From assembly GCA_031416075.1 (NCBI GenBank), contig JANOSY010000017.1:135388-199387 (forward strand): a stretch of 64,000 bases of DNA, given 5' to 3'. Below are positions 30,233 through 41,777 of the stretch, piece after piece. Position 1 is the stretch's first letter. The number at the start of each line of letters is the position of its first letter. The notes under the pieces are model-generated. The model was not told the origin of the DNA, ran no database searches, and saw only the letters and a program-made list of their open reading frames with translations. This DNA is from Candidatus Tenderia sp. (GTDB lineage Bacteria > Pseudomonadota > Gammaproteobacteria > Tenderiales > Tenderiaceae). A program made the translations under genes and the position numbers.

Positions 30233-31638
30233 ATACCGCTACCCATATCTGGGTGATTGACGATGACCGCTCCATCCGCTGGGTGCTGGAAAAGGCGCTT
30301 CAGAAGGTCGGTATGGAGGTGACCTGCTTTGAGAGTGGCTCGCGCATCCCCGAACTACTGCGTCAACAACAGCCCGACGCACTGATCACGGATATCCGCA
30401 TGCCGGGCACTGATGGCCTGGAGCTGCTCGATATGATCCACCTGAGCCACCCCGAGCTGCCGGTGATCATCATGACCGCCCACTCCGATCTCGATAGCGC
30501 CGTCTCCGCCTATCAAGGAGGGGCCTTTGAGTACATGCCCAAGCCGTTTGATGTTGATGAGGCGGTGGCCATCGTCAAACGCGCCATCGATCACCGTAAC
30601 CAGCAGCGCAGCAGCCAGAGCCAACCGCCAAAAAAGGAGACGCCCGAAATTATCGGCGAGGCCCCGGCGATGCAGGAGGTATTCCGCGCCATCGGCCGCC
30701 TCTCACGCTCCAACATCACCGTGCTCATCAACGGTGAGTCTGGCACCGGCAAGGAGCTGGTCGCCCACGCCCTGCACCGCCACAGCCCACGGACCAACAA
30801 GGCGTTTATCGCCCTGAACACAGCGGCCATCCCCCGCGACCTGCTGGAATCAGAACTCTTCGGTCATGAGCGGGGGGCCTTTACCGGGGCCCAGGCCAGC
30901 CGTCGTGGCCGTTTTGAACAGGCCGACGGCGGCACCCTGTTTTTAGATGAGATTGGCGATATGCCTGCCGAACTGCAAACACGCCTGCTGCGGGTACTGG
31001 CCGATGGCGAGTTCTACCGCGTCGGCGGCCATACCCCGGTCAAGGTCGATGTCCGGATCATCGCCGCCACCCATCAGGACCTGGAAGAGCGCGTTCGCCA
31101 GGGGCTATTCCGCGAAGATCTGTTCCATCGCCTCAACGTCATCCGCATCCACATCCCCGCGCTGCGCCAGCGACGCGAAGATATCCCACTCCTGCTTAAA
31201 CACTTCCTTGCCAGCGCCGCCAGCGAGTTAAGTGTTGAGACCAAACAGCTACGCAGCGACGTGGAAAGCTATCTATGCACCCTGGAGTGGCCCGGCAATG
31301 TACGCCAGCTGGAGAACATCTGCCGCTGGCTCACCGTCATGGCCTCCAGCCGCGAAGTACATATGGAGGATGTCCCACCCGAACTCAAATCCAAACAGAG
31401 CCAGAGCAGCGTTACCGGCGACTGGGAGGTCTCACTTAAACGCTGGGCTGAGCAGCGGCTGGCCGGCGGGGATGACAACCTGCTCAACGACGCCCTGCCC
31501 GCCTTTGAAAGTGTGATGATCAAAGCGGCCCTGAACCACTCTGGTGGCCGCCGCCAGGATGCTGCCAAGCTGCTGGGCTGGGGACGCAACACCCTCACCC
31601 GCAAAATCCAGGAGCTGGCACTGGAAAACGAAGTGTAA
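30229..31638 (+). CDS. glnG: Nitrogen regulation response regulator NtrC
   Basis: [10 protein letters not shown] receiver, [29 protein letters not shown]. Confidence 0.98.
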   Translation: MNTATHIWVIDDDRSIRWVLEKALQKVGMEVTCFESGSRIPELLRQQQPDALITDIRMPGTDGLELLDMIHLSHPELPVIIMTAHSDLDSAVSAYQGGAFEYMPKPFDVDEAVAIVKRAIDHRNQQRSSQSQPPKKETPEIIGEAPAMQEVFRAIGRLSRSNITVLINGESGTGKELVAHALHRHSPRTNKAFIALNTAAIPRDLLESELFGHERGAFTGAQASRRGRFEQADGGTLFLDEIGDMPAELQTRLLRVLADGEFYRVGGHTPVKVDVRIIAATHQDLEERVRQGLFREDLFHRLNVIRIHIPALRQRREDIPLLLKHFLASAASELSVETKQLRSDVESYLCTLEWPGNVRQLENICRWLTVMASSREVHMEDVPPELKSKQSQSSVTGDWEVSLKRWAEQRLAGGDDNLLNDALPAFESVMIKAALNHSGGRRQDAAKLLGWGRNTLTRKIQELALENEV

Positions 31639-31730
31639 ACCAGCAACAGCAAACGATTAACCGATAATCCCACACCACCCCACGCAATCCCAGCTTGGAA
31701 AGCTCTGCGGTGGTGTGTATGCTTCCCACC

Positions 31731-32249
31731 ATGTTTCACATCGTCCTCTTTCAGCCCGAGATACCGCCCAACACCGGTAACATCATCCGCCTCTGTGCCA
31801 ACAGTGGCGCGGCACTCCATCTCATCCAGCCCCTGGGTTTTACACTGGATGACAAACGGCTGCGGCGTGCGGGACTCGATTACCACGAATTTGCCAGCGT
31901 GCAACAACACATGTCACTGGACCACTTTATAGAACAGTGTCGACCCAACCGGCTGTTCGCCTTCTCCACCAAAGGGCAACACGGTTACAGCGATACCCAC
32001 TACCAGTCAGGTGACGCCCTGCTGTTTGGCCCAGAGAGCCGTGGCCTGCCCGGCGAGATTCTCAGCCAGTTGCCCGCAGAGAACATCTTAAGAATCCCTA
32101 TGCTTAACAATAGTCGCAGCTTAAATTTATCCAACACCGTGGCCATTGCCCTGTTTGAGGCGTGGCGTCAAAATGGCTTTGCCACCGAAGCGCCCGTTGA
32201 TGGACAATCCACTCGCTGCATTCACCCCCCTGTAGCAACAGCGGTATAA
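31731..32249 (+). CDS. trmL: tRNA (cytidine/uridine-34 2'-O)-methyltransferase
   Basis: [38 protein letters not shown]. Confidence 0.96.
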   Translation: MFHIVLFQPEIPPNTGNIIRLCANSGAALHLIQPLGFTLDDKRLRRAGLDYHEFASVQQHMSLDHFIEQCRPNRLFAFSTKGQHGYSDTHYQSGDALLFGPESRGLPGEILSQLPAENILRIPMLNNSRSLNLSNTVAIALFEAWRQNGFATEAPVDGQSTRCIHPPVATAV

Positions 32250-32256
32250 TCAAACG

Positions 32257-34728
32257 ATGTATCTAACCACTCCTTTCAAATTGACACTACTGCTGTTACT
32301 GGCCATCACCTTGAGTGGTTGCATCAACGCCAGCACCACCAACCCGGATCAACCCAAAACCATTGAGCCACCAACAACAGTCACACCGCCCACCCCTGCC
32401 CCAAACACCCCCAAGGCGCTGCCACTTGTTGGCTTTAAAACCGTCAATACCGGGCAGGACCACAGCTGCGCCATTAAAAACAGCGACAATACACTCTGGT
32501 GCTGGGGCAGCAATACTCAAGGCCAGGCAGGATTCAATAACAGCACCAGCACCAGCTCGCCGATACAGATAGGCAGTGATCTGCTGTGGCAAAACATCTC
32601 CGGCGGCTACGGCCACGCGTGCGGCGTTGCCATCAGTGAGGTCAACGATCTGAGTGATAGCGCCCATAAAATCGAACTCCACCAGCTGCTCTGCTGGGGA
32701 GACAACAGGAAAGGGGCTGTCGGCTTTGGCAGCGCCACCGCCAACTACTACGAACCCACCGCTATCCAGGATGATGACTGGCGAGTAGTCAGCGCCGGCA
32801 ACAGCCATAGCTGCGCCATCCGCCTCGACAACAGCCTCTGGTGCTGGGGCGACAACAGCAGCTCACAGCTGGGCCATGTATCCGCCAAAACCACCAGCCC
32901 ATCACCGGTGGTCAGCAGCAGAGACTGGAGCAGCGTCAGCGCCAGTGATCAGTTCACCTGTGCACTCAAAACAGACCAGACACTCTGGTGTTGGGGCAAA
33001 AACGACACATCCCAGTTTGGCAATGGCACTACCAACAGCACCACGATACCCACCCTGATCAGCAGCGGCTGGAAAACCATCGCCACAGGCCAGGCCCACA
33101 GCTGCGCTATCAACAACAGCGACGAACTCTACTGCTGGGGCGACAACCGTTACGGACAGATCGGCAACGGCACCACCGTCAATCAACCCACCCCCTTCAA
33201 AATCACCACAGCCAGCGCCACCACCTGGTCGGTCGTTGCCAGCAGCCGACAACACACCTGCGCCATCACCCTCACCGACAAGTCATTATGGTGCTGGGGC
33301 AATAATGAGACGGGCCAGCTGGGCATCAACAATACTGCCCACCAGTCCCGTCCCATCAAAATCAACCACACCACCAGCTGGCTGACGGTATCGACCGGGG
33401 AGTCCCACACCTGCGCCAACGATAAAGCCAATGTCATCCACTGCTGGGGACTCAACCACTATGGCCAGATCGGCAACGGTCTATCCAGCGATACTGAACG
33501 GGCACGGCTGTTTGATACCTCCGCCAACTGGCAGACCATCGCCAGCGGCTATCGCCACAGCTGCGGGCTCAAAGGCAGCGCCGCCCCTTATTCACTCTGG
33601 TGCAGTGGTTTTAACCATTACGGGCAGGTCGGCACCGCCTCTACCAGCAGTCAGGCAACCCTGATACAGGTTCGGGCGACCACACAGAGCGCCATCCTCT
33701 CCGACTGGGAGAGCTTGAGCACCGGCCCCCACCACAGCTGCGCCATCGCCATCAGCGGGGCCAGCCACCCACTCTTCTGCTGGGGCGATAATCGACGCGG
33801 CCAGCTGGGTGACAACGTCACACTCAGCAATGTACCGCAGCACTGGTGGGCCAACAGCCGTTCACAGGTGGTTGTGGGGGCTGATGACTGGACCATGGTA
33901 GCAGCGGGGGCCAACAACAGCTGTGGTATAAAAGCGGGCAATGAGCTCTGGTGCTGGGGCGACAACAGCGGTGGCCAGATCGGCAATGGCACACTCAGCC
34001 TGCCAACCGACGCCCCCTTCTTACCCTATAAAATCGCCGGTAGCTGGCTCACCGTCGCCGTCGGCGGGGCTGAAGGTGACGGCGGCCATGTCTGTGCCAT
34101 TAAATCCAACGGCACCCTCTGGTGTTGGGGCAAAAACAGCCGCTCACAACTGGGCAATAGCGGTGGCAATCTGGCCACCCCCACCCAGATCGGTGCGGCC
34201 AACAGCTGGGTTCAGCTCCAGGCGGGCGAATACCACACCTGCGGACTGCGGGACGACAATACCCTCTGGTGCTGGGGCGATAACAGCCGTGGCCAGACCG
34301 GCTCACCCCAGGTGACACAGACCATCCCCGACCCCGCCGACCCCACAAAAAACATCTCTATCACCCTCTACCCCACCACGGTGACCGCCCCGACACAGGA
34401 GTCCGAAGAGGGCCGCTGGCTGAATATGAGCCTAGGTAGCAACTTCAGTTGTGGCGTACGTAACAACCGCACCCTCTGGTGCTGGGGCGACAACCGGTAC
34501 AAACAGCTCACCGGGGCGATACTATCCGAAAGTGCGTTTGCACCTGCAGTGATCCAGAGTAGCCCTGAATGGCAGCAGATAACCTTGGGGCAGCGGCACG
34601 GCTGCGCCATCCGCGAGGATACCAACACCTTAGACCGTTACACCTACTGCTGGGGCGAACGCTCACCCTATCAGTTTGGCGATGGCAACGCCTGGAAGAG
34701 CACGCCACAACCGCTCTCGCTACAGTAA
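32257..34728 (+). CDS. RCC1/BLIP-II repeat lipoprotein (14 repeats)
   Basis: Lipobox LSGC, Pro/Thr linker, 14 repeats of G..HSC....LWCWG.N..GQLG. Confidence 0.92.
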   Translation: MYLTTPFKLTLLLLLAITLSGCINASTTNPDQPKTIEPPTTVTPPTPAPNTPKALPLVGFKTVNTGQDHSCAIKNSDNTLWCWGSNTQGQAGFNNSTSTSSPIQIGSDLLWQNISGGYGHACGVAISEVNDLSDSAHKIELHQLLCWGDNRKGAVGFGSATANYYEPTAIQDDDWRVVSAGNSHSCAIRLDNSLWCWGDNSSSQLGHVSAKTTSPSPVVSSRDWSSVSASDQFTCALKTDQTLWCWGKNDTSQFGNGTTNSTTIPTLISSGWKTIATGQAHSCAINNSDELYCWGDNRYGQIGNGTTVNQPTPFKITTASATTWSVVASSRQHTCAITLTDKSLWCWGNNETGQLGINNTAHQSRPIKINHTTSWLTVSTGESHTCANDKANVIHCWGLNHYGQIGNGLSSDTERARLFDTSANWQTIASGYRHSCGLKGSAAPYSLWCSGFNHYGQVGTASTSSQATLIQVRATTQSAILSDWESLSTGPHHSCAIAISGASHPLFCWGDNRRGQLGDNVTLSNVPQHWWANSRSQVVVGADDWTMVAAGANNSCGIKAGNELWCWGDNSGGQIGNGTLSLPTDAPFLPYKIAGSWLTVAVGGAEGDGGHVCAIKSNGTLWCWGKNSRSQLGNSGGNLATPTQIGAANSWVQLQAGEYHTCGLRDDNTLWCWGDNSRGQTGSPQVTQTIPDPADPTKNISITLYPTTVTAPTQESEEGRWLNMSLGSNFSCGVRNNRTLWCWGDNRYKQLTGAILSESAFAPAVIQSSPEWQQITLGQRHGCAIREDTNTLDRYTYCWGERSPYQFGDGNAWKSTPQPLSLQ

Positions 34729-34777
34729 TGACCGGGCATACACCGCCCCACCACATTACCGGATAGAGCCAACGGCA

Positions 34778-36025
34778 TTAAGGCAGCAGCGTCTCGTGGG
34801 CAAACAGTTCGTCTACGGACTCACGACGCCGAACCAGATGGGCCTGATCCCCATCCACCATCACCTCTGCCAGGCGAGGGCGTGAATTGTAGTTGGAACT
34901 CATGGTAAATCCATACGCCCCCGCCCCACGGACCGCCAGCAGATCGCCCTCGGTGATCGCCAATACCCGCTCCTTACCGAGAAAGTCACCTGTCTCGCAG
35001 ACCGGACCAACAATGTCATACTCTTTTGCCACCACGTCACGACCTGGACTTACCGCCACAATCTCCATCCAGGCCGAATAGAGTGCCGGGCGCAGCAAAT
35101 CATTCATGGCCGCATCGACGATGGCAAAACTCTTATCGCCACTGCTCTTGAGATGCTCGACCTGTGTCACCAGGATACCGGCATTACCAACGATGGCGCG
35201 GCCTGGCTCCACCAACAACTCGATGTTGGAGTTGTTGAGACGCTGCTTGATGGCGGCGGCATACTCTGCCGGTTGCGGCGGTGTCTCGCCCTTGTAGCGA
35301 ATGCCCAGGCCACCGCCGATATCGAGATGGTCGATCTGAATCCCTTCGCCTCCCAGCGCCTCGATCAATAACAGCACCCGATCCAGGGCATCCACAAACG
35401 GTGCCACCTGCGTCAGCTGCGAACCGATGTGACAATCGACACCGGTGATATGAATGTTGCCCATTGCCGCTGCCTGACGATAGACCGATACCGCCTCATC
35501 AATCGCAATGCCAAACTTATTATCCTTCAGGCCGGTAGAGATGTAGGGGTGAGTCTGGGCGTCAACATCGGGGTTCACACGCACCGAGACCGGTGCCTTC
35601 ACCCCCATCTGTGCCGCCACCCCATTAAGCCGCTCCAGCTCCGGCAGCGACTCAACATTGAAACATTTGATCCCCACCTCCAGCGCCCGGCGCATCTCAT
35701 CGGCTCGTTTGGCAACACCGGAGAAGACCACCTTGGCGGGATCACCACCCGCCTTGATGACCCGCTCCAGCTCGCCCACTGAGACAATGTCAAAACCAGA
35801 ACCAAGCCGCGCCATCAGATTGAGCACAGCAATATTCGAGTTGGCCTTCACCGCATAACAGACCAGATGTTTCTGCCCCACCAGGGCATCATCAAAGGCG
35901 TGCCAGTGGCGTTCAATAGTGGCGCGGGAGTAGATATAACAGGGGGTGCCATACTGCTGTGCCAGCGCTTTCACTGGCATTTTTTCAGCAAACAGCTGGC
36001 CATCACGAAACTCAAAATAGTCCAT
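34778..36025 (-). CDS. lysA: Diaminopimelate decarboxylase
   Basis: YAVKANSN (PLP lysine), HIGSQ, EPGR, GPVCETGD, SNYNSR. Confidence 0.98.
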   Translation of the reverse strand: MDYFEFRDGQLFAEKMPVKALAQQYGTPCYIYSRATIERHWHAFDDALVGQKHLVCYAVKANSNIAVLNLMARLGSGFDIVSVGELERVIKAGGDPAKVVFSGVAKRADEMRRALEVGIKCFNVESLPELERLNGVAAQMGVKAPVSVRVNPDVDAQTHPYISTGLKDNKFGIAIDEAVSVYRQAAAMGNIHITGVDCHIGSQLTQVAPFVDALDRVLLLIEALGGEGIQIDHLDIGGGLGIRYKGETPPQPAEYAAAIKQRLNNSNIELLVEPGRAIVGNAGILVTQVEHLKSSGDKSFAIVDAAMNDLLRPALYSAWMEIVAVSPGRDVVAKEYDIVGPVCETGDFLGKERVLAITEGDLLAVRGAGAYGFTMSSNYNSRPRLAEVMVDGDQAHLVRRRESVDELFAHETLLP

Positions 36026-36036
36026 CACTCACACCA

Positions 36037-36177
36037 TCAATTCTGTTGCAACGGTTTTAACACCGCTGTTTGTTCTTTAGGAAAATAGAGATCGCCTCTC
36101 TGGCCGCACCCAATCACCAGCAGTGAAAGCACTACACAGAGACTCACCGCCGGAACATTCATACGTCGCCAGTTCAT
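36037..36177 (-). CDS. lptM: Small lipoprotein LptM (YifL/LppL family), absent from the ORF track
   Basis: Manual translation MNWRRMNVPAVSLCVVLSLLVIGCGQRGDLYFPKEQTAVLKPLQQN matches the CGxKGxLYxP motif; upstream of lysA. Confidence 0.85.
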   Translation of the reverse strand: MNWRRMNVPAVSLCVVLSLLVIGCGQRGDLYFPKEQTAVLKPLQQN

Positions 36178-36258
36178 ATCTGCACACCCTGTAGACAATA
36201 ACGCAAGAAGCGGGAATTATCCCAGAATTGGCGGGATGGGACCAAAGATAATTACGAT

Positions 36259-39159
36259 TTATTTAGACCGCGGAAATGTGGCCACAACCGGAGCAAACGG
36301 ACCATCCAGGTTTTGCAGCGCGCCATTCAACTTAATTTCAATGTTCTTTTTATAATTCAGGAAGTCAACTGTTGGCACCCGTCCATCCATATACCCATCC
36401 ACCATGACCGGGGAAAGATCCAGATCGGTAATAAAAATAGGATAACGCTGGCCACTCTGTCGTAAACGCACCACATGCATTGCCAGCGCCTTAAACAGGT
36501 CACTACCATACTCAATCGACGAGAACTCACGATCGTCACAATAAATGGTGAGCAGTGGGCGCCCCACCGGATCATCCGACACAATCACCTGTATGTTGAA
36601 ATAGCCCCGCTTATCAAACGCTATGCTGGTTTCACACTTAACAACCTGTTTTGGCGCATAGCGATCACGCACCACGTGGTAATACTCCACCTCAGTCGCA
36701 ACCACAGCATCCCCCACCAGCCCCACCAATTGACACTGCTGGCGCTGCATGACTGCATCAAGAAAGCGGTGAAACCGCCCCAGCAACAGCTCACCCTCAA
36801 TAAATTCCATCTCCTGATGAAAGAGCGAGCCATTTTCATCAAGCACATACACATCCACCTGCTTGCCATTTTCCCGATAAAAAAGCTGCACCACACTTGG
36901 TTTGTTAAAGGTATAAATAAGTGGCAGCAGCGTCTCCTGCAGCGCCAGACGATCGATCACCACCTGGCCATAGGATTGCCGCCCCCGTCCCAGATAGAGC
37001 AGCAACTCACCATAATTGGGAATAGCGTGGTAAGACAGCGTATCACCGTCAAAATAGAGCACATAGTATGAGCGGTCGACGTGCATCACATAACGGTTGC
37101 CAAGTGATGCCTCCTCGCCATAAAAACACTCCACCAGATCAACACAGAGCCGCTCAATGCGCTGCTGAATCGTATGGCGGTGGTTGGATGAAAAACAGAG
37201 CACCCTGGGGATAGGCGGTACCACCCCTTTTCCCGGCGGCATCAATTTAAAATAACCACTCAGACACTTAAACGCACTATCCCCCCCCTCAAAGTGATAC
37301 GTCATCACCTCTTTCCAGCTATTCAGGGCGATAATATCCACCCCCTTCACCATATTTTCCAGCAGCCCTCCATAGCTAAAGGCATCCGTGCGGTTACTTG
37401 CCAGGTGTTGACCATTACGCAGATGTGCCGTCATCACATCACACCCCAGATTAACCACAATAACCGCCTGTTCGGTATAGGCAGCCTTACCTAAATCCTC
37501 AACCTTCGCCTCCAATACCTGTCCCGCCGGCACCAACCGTTCAAACTCACGGACAAAGTCCACCACCTCCTGACTCCGCAGATGGCTATCGTGACGACTG
37601 ATTTTAATAAAAGTTGCCGCCGTCAACAGACCATTAAAATAGCCCCACGCCAGCAGCTCCACCACGTTCAAGCCACGTTTCAGGGCAACCATGCTGGAGA
37701 GATCACTGGATTTACCACTGTCACCATCTGCCAACAACGCCCAACCACCATCACGCCCTGTCTGGCGCAACTGGTAGAGTGTTAAAACCGTTTCACGCAC
37801 ATCCTCGGAAATACCCCGGTTTACAATCTCAACCTTGCCGGTTTTCCGTTCAAACGCCGCATAGAGCTTTCGTCCCAACGCATTAAGATCATATTTATTG
37901 ATTGCGGACAGCTGGGTATAACGTCGGCCAAAGTCGGAGAGAAACTGATAAGTATAGGTAAGCTCCTTAACCAGCGAACCACGCTCTTTCAATACCTGGC
38001 GAATCTTCCAGCCGGAACGGTCATCCAGCAGCACCAGACACCCCAGCTCCCACCCCCATGCGTTGGTCATGGAACGCAGCAGCTCACGTCGCCAATCATA
38101 TTGCGCTGGCTCAGGCTGACTCAACTTCTGGTTGACCTTGAAATAGAAACAGCGTCGCACCAGATCGAGCCGTTCATGCTCGTCGCGCTGCAGCAGATAC
38201 TCCTCAAGCCGACGATAGAGCATCAGGTAGGGATCAAGACGGTCCAGATCAAATTCACCTGCATAAATCGACTCTTTAAACCGCTGACAGAGCAGCTCAA
38301 TATCGGGATACTGCGAGGCATAAACCTCCATCAGCAGCAACTTCAACACCGATTTATAGGGCGAATCTATCCCCTTAAACAGCTGCCATAATGCGGCACC
38401 AAAAAACTCCTCCGCTGGAATAGTGGGAATACCACCAAAATCGACACACTCCCCCTCATTAACAATGCGTCGACTGTAAAGATCATGCAGATAAGCGTCA
38501 TAATGGCCCGCCCGCTCCTGCTCCACCGGCACCAGCCACCAGGCCGGATAGCGCCCCGCCAGCAACAGACTGGTGCGATAAAACTCCTCCAACAACAGAT
38601 AATACTGAGCTGTACCACTGCTTTCTGACGAAAGATCAACAATAGTGCCTTGCTTAAAGCTCTCCGCATTCATCAGGAAAAAATGGACCTCAAGCTCCTG
38701 CCCCTCCGCCCAATGTTCAATCGCTGCCGCCTTATTTTGCAACAACACCAACTGTTCCGCGCTCAAACCCGGCTGGTAACAGAGCCAGATATCAAAATCG
38801 CTTTTTTTGGAATAAGCCACCGTGCCACTACTGCCCATCAGAAACATGGACAACAACTCATAACGTGCCATGGCCCGTTTTTTATACTCAAAACGGCTGA
38901 CATAACGGTTAGCCCCTGCCAGCGCCCGCTCCGTCGGTGTGTAATCACAAATCCCCGAGGGGGCTTCCACCGCCGAATACCCTGGCAGCCGTGGGTGATT
39001 AATATGGAACAGCAGGGGTAAAAAATCGAGAAAATCACGCTGGGTGGCACGCATACAGTCACCCGCACGTTTCAAGCGCTCCCTGTTCAGCTGCAGGAAG
39101 CGCTTTTTAATCGCCTCCACTTCAGCAAATTCATTTTTTTTAATATCACCGTTAGACAT
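36259..39159 (-). CDS. cyaA: Class I adenylate cyclase
   Basis: LPLLFHINHP.LPGY, MGSSGTVA..KKSDFDIW, LLEEFYRT, SPYKSVLK. Confidence 0.95.
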   Translation of the reverse strand: MSNGDIKKNEFAEVEAIKKRFLQLNRERLKRAGDCMRATQRDFLDFLPLLFHINHPRLPGYSAVEAPSGICDYTPTERALAGANRYVSRFEYKKRAMARYELLSMFLMGSSGTVAYSKKSDFDIWLCYQPGLSAEQLVLLQNKAAAIEHWAEGQELEVHFFLMNAESFKQGTIVDLSSESSGTAQYYLLLEEFYRTSLLLAGRYPAWWLVPVEQERAGHYDAYLHDLYSRRIVNEGECVDFGGIPTIPAEEFFGAALWQLFKGIDSPYKSVLKLLLMEVYASQYPDIELLCQRFKESIYAGEFDLDRLDPYLMLYRRLEEYLLQRDEHERLDLVRRCFYFKVNQKLSQPEPAQYDWRRELLRSMTNAWGWELGCLVLLDDRSGWKIRQVLKERGSLVKELTYTYQFLSDFGRRYTQLSAINKYDLNALGRKLYAAFERKTGKVEIVNRGISEDVRETVLTLYQLRQTGRDGGWALLADGDSGKSSDLSSMVALKRGLNVVELLAWGYFNGLLTAATFIKISRHDSHLRSQEVVDFVREFERLVPAGQVLEAKVEDLGKAAYTEQAVIVVNLGCDVMTAHLRNGQHLASNRTDAFSYGGLLENMVKGVDIIALNSWKEVMTYHFEGGDSAFKCLSGYFKLMPPGKGVVPPIPRVLCFSSNHRHTIQQRIERLCVDLVECFYGEEASLGNRYVMHVDRSYYVLYFDGDTLSYHAIPNYGELLLYLGRGRQSYGQVVIDRLALQETLLPLIYTFNKPSVVQLFYRENGKQVDVYVLDENGSLFHQEMEFIEGELLLGRFHRFLDAVMQRQQCQLVGLVGDAVVATEVEYYHVVRDRYAPKQVVKCETSIAFDKRGYFNIQVIVSDDPVGRPLLTIYCDDREFSSIEYGSDLFKALAMHVVRLRQSGQRYPIFITDLDLSPVMVDGYMDGRVPTVDFLNYKKNIEIKLNGALQNLDGPFAPVVATFPRSK

Positions 39160-39444
39160 GTTTTATCCCCACCCACTGCATATCGGTTCCGGCCCATTCG
39201 AACTGAAGAAGGAGATACAAGCCAATACCCAAGAGGGAAAATGTAGGATATCAACAGCTCACAGGGACAACATTCTCCTCAAGCTATTTGAAAAGCCGCC
39301 GATAGGAGTGCCATCTCAGGGAAGGGATACAATGACAACGATGATGTGTAAGATGGAGACTCAACGATCTGCTGCTACTCGACTGTCTGCAGCAGTGGCC
39401 CCTATTCCTATTTGCCACCACACAGACTCAGGAGACCACATACC

Positions 39445-40269
39445 ATGAACCAGATGACCCTGACGGTAGTTCATGATGCCCTACAATCTGCCCCTGTTGG
39501 GATCGTTCTGCTGGATGAAAAAAAGGGTGTCCAGTGGTACAACGACACCCTGCCGCAGCTGCTGGGCGTCAGCCGCGAGGAGCTGTCAGGCACTATCAAA
39601 GAAGAGCTGCGTGCCATCCTGACCGATCCACCCGAAACAATCCGGCTTCAGATCAACGACAAACCGCGCTGGCTACGCTGTAACCGGCAATCCATCGATG
39701 CCAAAAACAGCGTCCACTTCTACCTCGACATCACCACCGAGCAGCTGCTGTTGCAAGAGCGCGACCAGCTGGTCGAAGATCTGCAGCAGCTCACCACCCG
39801 TGATATCGCCACCGGCCTGCCTAACCGCCACGCCCTGCTGCAAGGGCTAGAGCCACTGATATCCCGCAGTCGCCGCTACGGTAATCCGTTATCCCTGATA
39901 ATGTTACATGCACATCTGGATGGCAGCGAATCGATGAACGACGCACTCCAGGAGCAGATTTGGACTCAAATGGCACAACTGCTAAAAGACCAGATGCGCT
40001 GGGCTGACATCATCGGCCGTTATGACGGTGCTAACTTCTTGTTAATACTGCCAGAAACAACTGAAGAGGCAGCAGGACAACTGGCAGAGAAGCTCTCTGC
40101 CCTAGTCAAAGAACAGACCCTGGAAGCCACGGACGGAGAGCGTTATGGCATAAAACCCTACTGCGGCATTACCGACTGGCGCAAAGGTGATGACGCCAGC
40201 TTGATGTTGCAACGTATCAGCGACAACGTCTCCGCCGCCAAGGCGGCAGATCGCCCAATCGCCGCCTAG
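39445..40269 (+). CDS. PAS-like plus degenerate GGDEF domain protein
   Basis: [23 protein letters not shown] (GGDEF replaced by DGANF, RxxD retained). Confidence 0.85.
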   Translation: MNQMTLTVVHDALQSAPVGIVLLDEKKGVQWYNDTLPQLLGVSREELSGTIKEELRAILTDPPETIRLQINDKPRWLRCNRQSIDAKNSVHFYLDITTEQLLLQERDQLVEDLQQLTTRDIATGLPNRHALLQGLEPLISRSRRYGNPLSLIMLHAHLDGSESMNDALQEQIWTQMAQLLKDQMRWADIIGRYDGANFLLILPETTEEAAGQLAEKLSALVKEQTLEATDGERYGIKPYCGITDWRKGDDASLMLQRISDNVSAAKAADRPIAA

Positions 40270-41663
40270 TTTTGTCCCACAGATAACCGGTGGCGCGCCC
40301 GCGCCACCGCCAGTTTCACCTGTGCCGGCGCGGTACCCCCCACATGATTACGGGCCGCCACCGATCCTTGCAACGTCAATACGGCAAAGACATCCTCACT
40401 GATCAGTGGCGAAAACATTTGCAGCTCCTCCAGACTCATCTGCGCCAGATCTTTGCCCGTCTCCACCCCGTAACGCACCGCCTTGCCCACAATCTCATGG
40501 GCATCACGGAAGGCGATACCCTTACGCACCGCATAGTCGGCCAGATCCGTAGCCGTTGAAAAACCCTGCAACGCGGCACGCTCCATATTGTCACGTTTAA
40601 CCGTCAGCGCCGCCATCATATCGGCATAGACCTTCAACGAGCCACGCACGGTATCTACCGTATCAAAAAGAGGCTCTTTATCCTCTTGATTATCTTTGTT
40701 ATATGCCAACGGCTGGCCCTTCATCAAGGTCAACAGCGCAATCAGATTACCATTCACACGCCCGGTTTTACCCCGCACCAACTCAGGCACATCGGGGTTT
40801 TTCTTCTGTGGCATGATCGACGAGCCGGTGCAGAAGCTGTCGGGGATATCGACAAAATCAAACTGCGCTGAGGCCCAGAGGATCAGCTCCTCAGAGAAGC
40901 GTGACATGTGGGTCATCAGCAGTGCCGCTGCCCCGCAAAACTCAATCGCAAAGTCACGATCACTCACCGCATCCAGGGAGTTTTCAGTCACCCCGTCAAA
41001 CCCCAGCAACTGCGCGGTATATTCACGGTCAATCGGGTAGCTTGTCCCCGCCAGCGCCGCCGAACCAAGTGGCAGAATATTCACCCGCTTGCGACAGTCG
41101 AGCAGACGGTCGGCATCACGCCGTAACATCTCAACCCAAGCCATCATGTGGTGACCAAAGGTGACGGGCTGCGCCACCTGCAGGTGGGTAAAACCAGGCA
41201 TGATGGTCGCCGCCTCACGCTCCGCCAGATCCACTAGCGCCGTTTGCAGGCGGCGGATATCGGCAACAATGAAATCGATCTCGTCCCGCAGGTAGAGCCG
41301 AATATCAGTGGCCACCTGATCATTACGCGAACGACCGGTGTGCAGCCGCTTGCCGGCATCACCGATCAGCGCTGTGAGGCGCGCCTCGATGTTCATGTGC
41401 ACATCTTCCAGCGCCACCGACCACTGCAACTGGCCGGACTCGATCTCCGCCTGCACCTGGTCCAACCCTTGGATAATCTGATCACGGTCCGCCACGCTTA
41501 GCACCCCAACTTTGGCCAGCATAGTGGCATGGGCTTTAGAACCGTCGATGTCATGACGATAGAGGCGCTGATCAAAACCGACTGAAGCGGTAAACGCCTC
41601 CACAAATGCATCGGTCGGCTCGGTGAAACGCCCGGCCCAGGGCTTGGCACTCTGTTCAGTCAC
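40266..41663 (-). CDS. argH: Argininosuccinate lyase
   Basis: [28 protein letters not shown]; start taken as GTG 41663. Confidence 0.98.
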   Translation of the reverse strand: MTEQSAKPWAGRFTEPTDAFVEAFTASVGFDQRLYRHDIDGSKAHATMLAKVGVLSVADRDQIIQGLDQVQAEIESGQLQWSVALEDVHMNIEARLTALIGDAGKRLHTGRSRNDQVATDIRLYLRDEIDFIVADIRRLQTALVDLAEREAATIMPGFTHLQVAQPVTFGHHMMAWVEMLRRDADRLLDCRKRVNILPLGSAALAGTSYPIDREYTAQLLGFDGVTENSLDAVSDRDFAIEFCGAAALLMTHMSRFSEELILWASAQFDFVDIPDSFCTGSSIMPQKKNPDVPELVRGKTGRVNGNLIALLTLMKGQPLAYNKDNQEDKEPLFDTVDTVRGSLKVYADMMAALTVKRDNMERAALQGFSTATDLADYAVRKGIAFRDAHEIVGKAVRYGVETGKDLAQMSLEELQMFSPLISEDVFAVLTLQGSVAARNHVGGTAPAQVKLAVARARHRLSVGQN

Positions 41664-41777
41664 GGTGAACCTCTGTTGTTTTATAGGTAAAAGGGGGCAA
41701 TTATAACAAACGCGGGTAAGATACGTCGGCAGCAAACCGATACAGGATGTAACCCGGAGAGCATTAACAGAAACCCC

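Noticed and set aside
31639-31730. Echo of the glnG end (also considered: lysA end near 34730-34777, algR end near 45965-45990)
   Set aside because: Matches need many gaps or cover only a few codons; indistinguishable from chance.
32257-34728. Diversity-generating retroelement target
   Set aside because: No reverse transcriptase and no template/variable repeat pair with adenine-specific differences.
39160-39444. Riboswitch between cyaA and the GGDEF gene
   Set aside because: No c-di-GMP or other riboswitch consensus recognisable by eye; an Rfam scan would be needed.
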